A stretch of 52,544 bases of DNA from Girardia tigrina. Its lineage: Eukaryota. This document shows, in pieces, positions 36,748-47,518 of this stretch (its first letter is position 1; each line of letters begins with the position of its first letter). The DNA is taken from assembly GCA_001938485.1 (NCBI GenBank), contig MQRK01234177.1, forward strand, positions 12,923-65,466. Reading direction: 5' to 3'. Position numbers and translations under genes: made by a program. A model generated the notes under the pieces. That model did no database searches, had not been told where the DNA came from, and saw only the letters and a program-made list of their open reading frames with translations.

Positions 36748-39402
36748 CAGTGCTTTTTTTGTAAAAAAATAGGTGCCGGTACTAGGGTGAGCACATTTCT
36801 GTTCTGTCATTCAGGGATGCTATTTTTGAAGTGGACGAACGAGAATGCCGAAGGCACCTGAGCGCGAGCGTCGAAGACGCTAAGCTTCTCGCGATTAGGG
36901 GTTCTGGGGCGGAGCCTCAGCCGCCAACGCATTTTCAGGTATTTGGCTTGAAAAGAAGCTCGTTTTTGGACCATAAAAAAACTAATTTTGTCAATTGTGT
37001 TTTTCAAAACGAAAAAAGTAAGCGAATTTCAAAAAATCATGTTTTTTGCTTGTGAATGGTAAAAACTAAAAAGAATGGTGATGCAGCAACATTATATCAA
37101 GTTTTCTACCCACGTAGAATAATTTTATTTATTGGGATTTTGTTTGTTAGTTGGAGTGAAGGAAATTCCAGGACTGTCCCGGGCCTTGCGGTACATGTTG
37201 TTAACCTAGCCGGTACGGAGTTGAGGTCGTACATTTTTCGGAATCTAACACAGAAGTGATTTTGTAAGCAACTGATGCATAGATATTAATGATATCATTT
37301 ATTTATGTAAACCACAACTTCAAAGATACTAAAAGTTTAAAACAATTAAATTTGTTACATAAAATTGTATAATATTGCTATACAGTTGTAAGATTTAACT
37401 AACGACTTATTCTCAGTTTACTTTGAAAAATGTGTCTATTTTTCATTTGTTTTAAAAAAACTGTTATAAGTGAAAATTTAATAGAAATTTTATTGCCATT
37501 GGTGTGAAATAATTCATAATAATTTCCAAAGTTTTATCAAGTTTTCATCTGAGACATATTCACGTCTGTGTTCTTTGCTGTTGGTATCTATTGCTGAGTG
37601 TCTGCCTCGAAGCAGCCATGAATCAACGTATCTTGTGGGATCAAAACGTTGGAGTGGTAGTCCAACTAATCTTATAAATAAAAGTGAAGAAACAGTTGTT
37701 GTCATCAATGAAGCTCTTGTCGGGGTGATGATAAGATTCATTTGCGAAAATCCTCTTTCAGCTTCACTTGAAGAAATTGGGATTGTATTGAGAGCAATTT
37801 GCAAAAGAAGCAGTTTATCCGGAACACTTTTCTCGATAAGATATTCACGAAATCCACGAATCATTTTCTTTCGTTTAATTGCAATCTTGTTGACAAGTTT
37901 CTCATTTCTGCTTCGCCAAACGTTAAGTGAGTATCAATATTGTCTGGCCATTGTTTTACATCGAGCACTTGAGCCCAATCTGCCAAATTAGCATCTTCAC
38001 TGGAAAGCAACCTTTGTTCAACTGATTCTTTTAGTTTTTTTTAAAAAGCTTTCACATTAATCGGTGGATCATTTTTACAGTCTTTTTTATGAAGTGAAAC
38101 CCCTTTGAAAATTTTAGTATCTGCAGCAGTGGCCGCAATTTTATAATATGGGCCTGAAATAATTTGCCGTTCTTCAAAAACCTGTGCAAGAGCCTTGATC
38201 TTTTGATCTGCTCTGTAGAGGTCCATGTTGCGCTCTTGTAAATCTAAATTTAACTCTGACAATTCTTGGAGGGCATCGCACATCAATCCGAGGTCTAATA
38301 CAAATTCAGTAGAAGTAATTTTTCGCTGCAGACCTTCATATTTGCATTGATCTTTTTTGTCTCTGGTTGGATCAAGTTTTGCTTCTTCAAAATGTTGCAC
38401 CAATACTGCATAATCTTCCCAAACTGCTAAAACTGAACGGAAGCTGGATGCAACCCATCTCGTGCTTAACATTCTTCCAATTTTTAGCAACTCAGCTTCT
38501 AACAAATTAGCACATATTTGCAATTCTCTGGAATTTTTTGGCGAATCNTGATAAAGGACATACAATTTATCAATAAATGCCTTAAATCGGTTAATCCCCG
38601 AAACTTGTTTTACTGTATCACCAACAGATAGTTCCAGTCGGTGATTTGTACAATGCCAAACCAGAACAGATAGAAACTTTTCTCTCAGCAATTTCTTGAC
38701 TCCACTTTTGCATCCCAACATTACAGCTGCTCCATCACATGCAAGACAAACTAAATTTTTTTAGAAATTCTTCTGTTATCCCGTAGGAATTAAGGCAATT
38801 CAGTAAACAATCAAAAACTCCCTTTGCAGTTACACTTTCGAGTTCTACTAAATCCAAGAATACATTAAGTGGTGAGTTCATTCCACTATCTGTAAGACAA
38901 ACACGAATGTACACAATTAAAGTAGATTTCTAGCTAAGCGTTGTTGACTCGTCGATAATCAATGAAATTTTATTGTCTGACCTTACAATTTCTTTAGCCA
39001 ATTTTTTTCTCATTTCACAACTAATGTGATTCACTACGTTAATGCATGCATCGTTTGAATGAAGAATACGGCCCATCTCAATTCCGTTCAGTTATTGTAA
39101 ATCTATTTCAGATTCAAAATTATGAAACGATTGGTTTTCTTTGGCCACTTTATATGCTGTACAAAAAATCTTTGCCGTCACGATTTTTTCACGAGATAAT
39201 GCCTTTAACAACCCGTTCTCAATAGGTGCCGTCTCGGCTTCTGTTAGTATTTTAAGCGCAGCTTTGTGTGCAGCACTTTCCTTGTGATCGAATAATTTTT
39301 TTCGTAAAGACATTAGCTGTTGTTTTTTATATTTTTTTATTTTTCATCACTTGAAAAAGGTGCCTGTACGCCGTACCGGCGCGTACCGTCTCAAAAAAGC
39401 AC

Positions 39403-39404
<2 letters not shown>
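36748..39404 (-). mobile_element. hAT transposon (KIAA1586/ZNF862-like transposase), internally deleted and disrupted
   Basis: TIRs cagtgctttttt / aaaaaagcact with a subterminal gccggtac/gtaccggc pair. Motifs: IIDESTT, ACDGAAVMLG, HCTNHRLEL, STRW, and the dimerisation motif PISSSEAERGFS. Confidence 0.93.
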
Positions 39405-39441
<37 letters not shown>

Positions 39442-39574
39442 TAATTTATTCAATTTTGCATAAATCCTATTTTGTTTTTCTTTATTAATTTTTTCAATGT
39501 TTATTAATTAAAATTATTATTAAAATTATTTTAATGGACATGTCCTATAAAAATTCAGTTCCTAAATAATTTTT

Positions 39575-40075
39575 CTTTAATTTTAAAATTCAATTATAAA
39601 TTATTTTTTAATGAGAATTTTCGTTGACAATTAAATTCAATAAAACATTATAATTTTTATTTTAAAACTAGATTTTAAAATATTCAATAAATTATTTTTT
39701 AATAAAACTTTCCATTGACAATTAAATTCAATAAACATTATGATTTTTATTTTAAAAAGTGTTACAAGATATATCAAAATCTTCTTTACAATATTCTTAT
39801 ACTCTGAAACTGTTATTTTAATTGTGATTTTTTTTTAACCTAATTTTTATAAAAGTTCTATCAATTTAATTAATAAAATATTATCATTGCACTATAATTT
39901 TTTATAAAACTTATTTCATTTTAATTAGTAAAAATATTATCTATAAACTTAAATTTTTTATATATAATTTCCTTCAAAAGTTCGTTCAATTTAATTAGTA
40001 AAATATTATCATTACACTATAATAAAAACTTATTTTATAAAACTTATTTCATTTTAAGTAGTAAAAATATTATTT
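39575..40075. repeat. Two pairs of AT-rich local direct repeats (~90 and ~120 bp units)
   Basis: ttgacaattaaattcaataaa occurs twice; taaaacttatttcattttaa.tagtaaaaatattat occurs twice. Confidence 0.6.
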
Positions 40076-41425
40076 TTTAATTTATCTCAAATATAATTAT
40101 GATTTTTAATTTAAAAATATCAAAAATTTACAGTTCACCAAAAAGAACCACTAACAATAGAAATCGTCATTTATCCAATAAAATAGTATTTTCATAAAAA
40201 GTTTCACTAAATTCCTTGTAGGAATCATCCAAATCGCCATTATTCGAATTTGGTGCTATTATAACAATTTAACGACGTGCATGGCTTTCGTTCGATTTCA
40301 TCAACTTCCCAGGGTTTTTTGGCAACAGCACTGTGCGGACAGAATTATCTTGATGCGGGCTATCCAGATTGACCATGTAATTAAATGGATTTACTCCGGT
40401 CACTCCGAAATTTCACATTTCATAGCGTGACCGACAAACAAACATATAAACACACTTTTTAGACAAATTATATATATAATAGACTAAAAATTGTTTGCAC
40501 GTCATGCTCAAAGATCTACTACTTGCAATTGTAAGTAGTAGGTGATGTAAAAAAGGCATTTCAACAAAGTAATTTGTTTCACAGGTTATTCATAAAAAAC
40601 CTTAAAATTTAAAATCAAACTCAATGTGAATCTAAGAAAGCAAATGAGAAATTTTCTCTATTAAGAATTCAGAGTGATAAGATCATTTTCAAAGTTATTT
40701 GGATATAAAGCACTGACTTTGTTGGGTAAGAGTAATAAAATGAAGCAAAATATTTTTTAATATTTATTCCCTTTCAATTGATTGATTATCAACTTACAAA
40801 AGGCTTCAATTCATCTGAATTCAACAATTGCAATAATATTTGGGTAACAAATTTTTGATAACATAATAAAATTATTAATTATTAAATAAAATTTCAAAAG
40901 TAATTGAGTGACTTTCGTTTGCAAACATTCAGGTGAAGTGTGAAAAACTTTAAAAATTTCTAAATTTTTAAGTTTTTTTCCACGCGCGGCTGGCTGCCTA
41001 TAAACTTTCTAGTATTATATATATTCTAAATAGAAACAAGGAAAACTAGGTTGGACTTCATAACTTTTACTATTTATAATTTAATGGTATATATAATTTA
41101 ATATAATTTAAGGTGGTGAATATAAGATACAAAGATTACTTTTAAATTATAATATTTATCTTTGAATAAAGATACAATCAACTCAAAACGAAACAACAGA
41201 AATAAAAGTATAACATTTGAATACTTTGAAAGGTATTTGTTAAAAACTACCTGACTGATGTATAAATGTATGAGGGAGCTGAAAATATGATTGGATCGAT
41301 ATAATTATGTACGTTCAAAAGAGAATTCCGCAACAGCTGGACGATATAAATTTTAGAATTTTGTGAGGTATAACCGAATAATGTAAATGGATATACTGGA
41401 ATGAAACAAAAAAAATATTATTGTA

Positions 41426-41663
41426 TTGGGTTGAGGAATAAGTTCCTGATGTTTTTTGAAAAATTAAAATTTTATTTTTTAACAAAAAAGTTACTACAAA
41501 TTAATCACAAATATAATCTCCGCCATTGTTCACGACTTCTTCCCAACGTTCAACGAGTTTTACAATGCATCTTTGGTAGAAATCGCCCGGTCTTGACTCG
41601 AAGAATTCAGCCAACCAAATTTTAATTTTTCAAAAAACGGCGGGAACTTATTCCTCAACCTAA
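41426..41663 (-). mobile_element. Mariner-derived MITE (238 bp, ~45 bp TIRs, TA target duplication)
   Basis: TA|ttgggttgaggaataagttcc...ggaacttattcctcaacctaa|TA. The interior encodes a mariner C-terminus FESRPGDFYQRCIVKLVERWEEVVNNGGDYICD*. Confidence 0.9.
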
Positions 41664-41785
41664 TAAAAAATGTTGAAATTAGATAACGATAAACATTCTG
41701 TTTTCATATTATCAAATAAATTCTCTTAAAATCTTTCAGCAGTAAAATTTAGCTTTTGATTTTTTAAAATTTATTTTGTATTTTT

Positions 41786-42365
41786 TACAAGCTTTTATTA
41801 CGTTTCATTTGTTTGTTTGTTTGTTTGTCTGTATGGATCAAATCTTGCGATCGAAATTTCACCCACTTCCCGTTGTGCTGGTGACTTGAAATTTTNNNNN
41901 NNNNNNNNNNNNNNNNNNNNNNNNNNNNNNNNNNNNNNNNNNNNNNNNNNNNNNNNNNNNNNNNNNNNNNNNNNNNNNNNNNNNNNNNNNNNNNNNNNNN
42001 NNNNNNNNNNNNNNNNNNNNNNNNNNNNNNNNNNNNNNNNNNNNNNNNNNNNNNNNNNNNNNNNNNNNNNNNNNNNNNNNNNNNNNNNNNNNNNNNNNNN
42101 NNNNNNNNNNNNNNNNNNNNNNNNNNNNNNNNNNNNNNNNNNNNNNNNNNNNNNNNNNNNNNNNNNNNNNNNNNNNNNNNNNNNNNNNNNNNNNNNNNNN
42201 NNNNNNNNNNNNNNNNNNNNNNNNNNNNNNNNNNNNNNNNNNNNNNNNNNNNNNNNNNGGCTTTGATAATTCAGTCAAAAAATGTGGGAAGTGGGTGAAA
42301 TAGATACAGAACCGCAAATATATGACAAATTATAAAAGCTTGTACACCAAAAATTTTTTTGGTAT
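41786..42365 (+). mobile_element. DINE-1/Helentron-like non-autonomous element spanning a gap
   Basis: 13 bp inverted repeats tacaagcttttat / ataaaagcttgta, a (gttt)n microsatellite, an internal IR tttcacccacttccc / gggaagtgggtgaaa, and a 3' hairpin accaaaa...ttttggt. Confidence 0.65.
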
Positions 42366-42539
42366 GATATTATTATCTAATAATCCAATATGGATATTGA
42401 TTTTTTTATTTAATTTTTAAAATTATAATAATGGCTTTGTTGAAAATTTTCGTTTAATTATTTAAATGCTTAAATAAAACATTTAATGTAGACTCAATAT
42501 TGTATATGTTCATCCATTTAAATTGTTTACAAGAGAAAA

Positions 42540-43080
42540 AAAAGAGTTAGAAAAATATTTGTAACTTTTATAATCCAAAGAAAGCCTCACTTACAAACGC
42601 TTTGGTAGGTCATTCGACAACAGCGTATTTAATGTATTTAGCACAACATAACCTCATTAACTCAGTTCACGTATTTCATTGATGAATCGGTGATAAAAAT
42701 GTATCATACGCACAATCATCGTACTCCTTTGACGTCATTTTGTGGTGGTAAATCCAAAATGAAATCTAGTTTTTTTGGAAATATTGACACTTTTTTAAGA
42801 GTATGACCTAAAAATATAATCTCTTCATAAAACAAGAAACATTTTTAAACTTTAATATAAAGTTTGGGGTTTCAAGTATGTTCAACATTTCTCCTACGTG
42901 TCTAGCAAGTTTTTTATAACTACCGATTCGACTAAAATATCATCTGTAAATACCACCACGTATTTGTAACTGGTGAATAATAAGTTCATGTGACGACAAC
43001 ATTCTTCAGCTCAAGTGGCATTTTCAAAATTTGAATAATTTAAAAGAAGTGGTAAAAGGCGTTTTATAAATGTCGTTCTA
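42540..43080 (-). mobile_element. Possible highly decayed Tc1-like transposase
   Basis: Minus strand VVVFTDDIF resembles the Tc1 VxFSDE motif; the rest is too decayed to read. Confidence 0.35.
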
Positions 43081-45524
43081 TTCCATTTTCACGTGATAAT
43101 ATTTGTAGCCTTTTCGAGGTCTATTTCACTAAATATAGTTGCGTCATAAAATCTCCTAGTAATTTTTATTTTCATTATTTTCATGATTGAAAATGTTTCT
43201 TTTGATATTGCGTAGTCTTTACACAACAAATAACATTTATGCTGTTGCGAGGCAATTCTTCTAAATCTTTTTATAGTCTGAAGTAAAAACAGTACGTGTG
43301 TGCTTTGTTTAAATCTTTCAATTTTTGTGTACGTGACTATTGTCACAATTTCAATATTGAATAAAATTAACCTAGTTTTCTTGAATTTTTGTATGCTAAT
43401 TGATCTAAAAATCAATAAAAGTTCATTTAAACGTTAATAATAAATGCGATATGCAACAATCGGCGTATGAATATTACAATTTTCGAACGGAACAATCGGC
43501 AGTTTTTGCAGGTCGACAACCGGATTGTGTGTTCGATATGATTTTGAGTGAAATAGCCCGAGGATATCATTGATTGTTACAGAATATGCCCATGTCGAAA
43601 AAGTTCAATCGTTTGCCGTTTTGTTTGGTGATGAAAGTCAACGAAACGATTTCAAATAAAGAAAACTATTTGAATGGATGTATCAAGTCTGGTTTCAAAT
43701 TCTTCGATCAGAGTACGATTAATAAAAAAATCTCATCGGGATTTATGTTCTCATCCGTCATTTACGACTGTTGTGTCGCATAGTAAATATTCGGCCTTGT
43801 CTTTCTGAAGACAGACGCAAATATTTTGGTTGGAGAAATTACATAATTTGGAAAAGTTTCAGTTGATTAATTATAATACGACTGATTTGTATAAAATAGC
43901 TTTAAAATCTCATTTGATAAAAGATTATAATATTACTTCTATTACCGAAATTCAAGTTGTTCCATCATCGTTATTTATGGATCATATGGAAGAAACTTTT
44001 GAGTACGATATAGTCGATAAACGTGTGCATTGTCAATTAGTTTGTGTGATATTGAGAAATATTCTTAATTTGATTCTTTTGGGCACAAACCAAATACTTC
44101 CACCATCTGTTAAAGATGATAATAATTCAATAGCCGCGGATGTAAAATCAATATCGACATCTTCTCTAAATCAAATGTTTTCTCACGATTCTGTTGCTTA
44201 TTTAACTTTAAAACCCATTTATGACAAAAAAAATTGTGTCGTTTTGTTTATTAAATCTTGATCATTTGTTGCACCTGTGATGAATCAATCACCCACGGAT
44301 CAGAAAAATTCAGAAAAAGAATTTTCAATAATCAAAGCTGAAAAACCTTCCTCTGAAATGAAACATTCCGAACAAATAGATTTATCCACCAGTGATCAAA
44401 GAAATCAAAAGAAATCATATTCAACACTATTATCTAACTATGAATTATGGAAACATTAAAAACTGCATGATATCATGTGAACATGTAGCTGATCATGTGC
44501 CAACTAAGAAACCACTCCGTACATTCTGAGGCTACACCGTGAAAAAGGGAAAATATTCCCTCCACTAACAGTGACATAGGGGATGATTGTTCACGTTTAT
44601 TGATTTTATTGAATATGGACAGTCAGATGAAATTGAAGCGTCTTTTCGCCGAAACGATTTTGACAATAACAAATCGGTTAAAATTTTGCTTATTGTTATT
44701 ATGATTTGTAAATTCTCTTGATTCTGATTCAAACTCACAGAATTTATTTTCTATCATAGATAGTTTATCTCTGCATTTTTTTATCTTTAAGAATCTCATT
44801 TAATTTTTTATTGAGTCTCTCAATATTCTCCTTATCCATCTCAATAGTTTTTACTGACGTAAGTGCTTTATTTTCTGTTCTCTATAATATTTAAGAGTTC
44901 GTCCGCGTTCTTATTCAGTATCACGTGTGCTAACTGATTTATAACAAATGAGCATTGCTGGAATTCATGCGTAACTCCGCAGAATTTCCCAAATAGACAT
45001 TTAAGAGTAAAAAAAATTCTGGTAAAAATGAAAGTCGTTCATACATTGCATAGGTAAGTGATTTTTTCGGGAAATTTTTCTTCTTCAAAGCTAAACACTA
45101 ATTCATTAGCCTTTTTCTTGTGTTTCTGTAGATCTTCGTGATCTGACACTTTGCACCGAAATACATACACAATTTATTTGTATTTTGTGTAATTCTGGCC
45201 CCCAATCGTCATGCTCGAGTTAAAGACCCGAAATATCGACTCCGAATCAGTCAAATTGTTGAAAATTGCGATCGATTGAGTGTCGAAATCTAGAAATCGG
45301 CAAAGTGCCCCCCAATATTGAAACTTTATTTTAAACAGGGCTCTGATCGGAAAATAAACCGTAAATTACAGTCCAGGGAAAATTTCAGTCTCTCTTTTTG
45401 TTATTCTTGGTTTTCCACTCCAGAATCAGTGACAATATAAGCATATGAAGATTTTACCAGCCGCAAACAAGGCTCGGGAGCACATGGACCCTCAGTCACG
45501 GGGATTGCGTTGTTTGAATCTCGT

Positions 45525-45932
45525 TCAGTCTCGGGAATCATCACGATTATATCGAAGATCGTTTTTGGTGTCGAATTGAACAACAGTTTTTTTTAACGAT
45601 AGCGACGACATCAAACGTCTTTCTTTTGTTTTACACCATATCATTGTCTTCCGATATCGACTTGTGTGTAATAAGAGACTTTCTTCGAGCTTGATAATCT
45701 TTCCTGTTAAAACGTGATGACCGATGATCAATGATGGTAAATTATTTTTTGTAAAAAACGAATGGTTCCGCGTTGCACATCCAATCAATAATTTTAGTCC
45801 TCAAGAGGACTGTTTCTTGTTACACCGAGAATCTCGAGTGAATTGGAAAAACTACTTTTATCTTTCATTTAAAAATTGCCTTGGAGATCAATTATAAAAT
45901 GTTCTTTAATTTTATTCGCAGTTACACAACAG
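45525..45932 (-). pseudogene. CHTF8: CTF8 (Ctf18-RFC subunit) pseudogene
   Basis: EHFIIDLQGNF*...FTKNNLPSLIIGHHVLTGKIIKLEE...FDVVAIVKK.LLFNSTPKTI matches the CTF8 pattern (EW..ELQG, P.LI.GHH.L.GKI..LEKP, KI.F..RPKPI). It has an in-frame stop, an insertion and frameshifts. Confidence 0.8.
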
Positions 45933-46432
45933 CTGAAAATACACTTCTTATTATTGAATGAGTCAATTTTGAGTCTTTCATTTGAGGAATAACAATAACA
46001 CAAAACACTGGAAATTTCTATTATCTATTGAATATAATTAGCACGAAAATTTTACAAAATGCAACGCTGTTCGCAAGTTATTATTTAAACAAAACTCCGG
46101 AATTTTTCGGAATTTTATTAACAAAAAAGCATTTTTTTACTAATTTAAAGCAAAAAAATCTTTACATTTCACCTAATTTTTTATTTGTATTTTTATAATT
46201 CAATACGGAACAGCACAGTTTATCAAAATTTACTTTTCTATACATTATTTGTTTTCTATTAGGAATATTGTTTTTATACGTAAATTATATAATTTTAACT
46301 TTTTGATTGTTTTTTCTTATTATATGATTTTTCTTATTAAATTTATAATAATTAACTCAATAAATTTATTAAAATTCGATAAATAAATTACATTCCTTAA
46401 CTACTAACCAGTAGTGAATATAATTCCAACCA

Positions 46433-47518
46433 ATGTACTCAAACGATACTTTCGAGTCGGAACTCGTATCTCTACTGAAAGATTATATCGTTCACTATAT
46501 ACATATAAAACCGGAAAATATTTTGTTATTTTCTTTTGAATATTTCAACAGTCTCTATAAAAAATATTGCATGGATGAATCGCTGAATTATTTTGGACGG
46601 AAATCGCATACCGATTCCGCCATGTCAACTTCAAGAATCACAGTCACCAGCAGTTATAGTCGCAAACGAGTGGTATCATCAGAAAAATTACCCATAGAAC
46701 ATCCCGTGTCTCCAAATAATTTCGTTCCGGAATTCGATAAAACTCCTGAAACCATTGAAAAAATTAGGGAAGCCATTAAAGCGGTCTTTTTATTCAAAGC
46801 GTTAAATGATGACGATTTGAATCTCGTTGTAAGTAACATGTTTGAAAGAAAAACCAATCCTGGTGAAATTATCATTCAAATAGGCGAAGAAGGAGACTAT
46901 TTTTACGTTGTCGGGCAGGGAATTTTCGAAGTTTATATTATGAGCGATAAAGAACCGATTTGTGTGAAAAGTTTACATGGTGAAGGATATTTTGGAGAAG
47001 TTTCAATAATGTATGATTGTTTGAGAACAGCAACTGTAATTTCAAGAACTAATGGAATTGTGTATGGTTTAGGCAAAAAAACGTTCAAAGAAGTCATTTG
47101 TATTAAAGCGTTTGAAAAACGACGGAAATGTTACGAAATACTTCGAACGATTGACATTTTTACGAGCCTTGGAGAATATGAAATAAATCACATGGCAGAC
47201 TCATTGATTCGCAGACTGTATCGCTCTCATGAAAATATTATGGTTCAAGATGAGACAGCTGAAGAAATGTATATTATTGAATCAGGAGAAGTTTTGATTA
47301 CAAGACGCGATGAAGACGTGGAAAGAAATTTGTTTTATCTGCATCCGGGTGACTATTTCGGGGAATTATCTTTTGTGAATAATCAGACTCGCCATGTGTC
47401 AGCTCATGCAGTTACTGATGTAGAAGTCATGGTAATCACCAAAGAAGGATTCGAAAGATTACTTGGTCCTTGTATGAATATTTTACGAAAAAATATTGAT
47501 AGAAATAAATATATGTAA
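46433..47518 (+). CDS. PRKAR2: cAMP-dependent protein kinase regulatory subunit, type II-like, divergent and intronless (361 aa)
   Basis: Dimerisation/docking domain (LLKDYIV...P..L.F..EYF..L); two cyclic-nucleotide-binding domains (GDYFYVV..G..FGEVSIMYDCLRTAT; FGELSF....R); C-terminal FERLLGPCM; AATAAA at ~47550. Confidence 0.93.
   Translation: MYSNDTFESELVSLLKDYIVHYIHIKPENILLFSFEYFNSLYKKYCMDESLNYFGRKSHTDSAMSTSRITVTSSYSRKRVVSSEKLPIEHPVSPNNFVPEFDKTPETIEKIREAIKAVFLFKALNDDDLNLVVSNMFERKTNPGEIIIQIGEEGDYFYVVGQGIFEVYIMSDKEPICVKSLHGEGYFGEVSIMYDCLRTATVISRTNGIVYGLGKKTFKEVICIKAFEKRRKCYEILRTIDIFTSLGEYEINHMADSLIRRLYRSHENIMVQDETAEEMYIIESGEVLITRRDEDVERNLFYLHPGDYFGELSFVNNQTRHVSAHAVTDVEVMVITKEGFERLLGPCMNILRKNIDRNKYM

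Noticed and set aside
40980-41015. Helitron 3' end (GC-rich stretch plus CTAG); similar at 3755-3785 (-)
   Set aside because: The hairpin is too imperfect and no 5' end was identified.
45868-45880. In-frame TAA in CTF8 as evidence for stop-codon reassignment
   Set aside because: The same locus also has frameshifts, and the intact genes here end in TAA.
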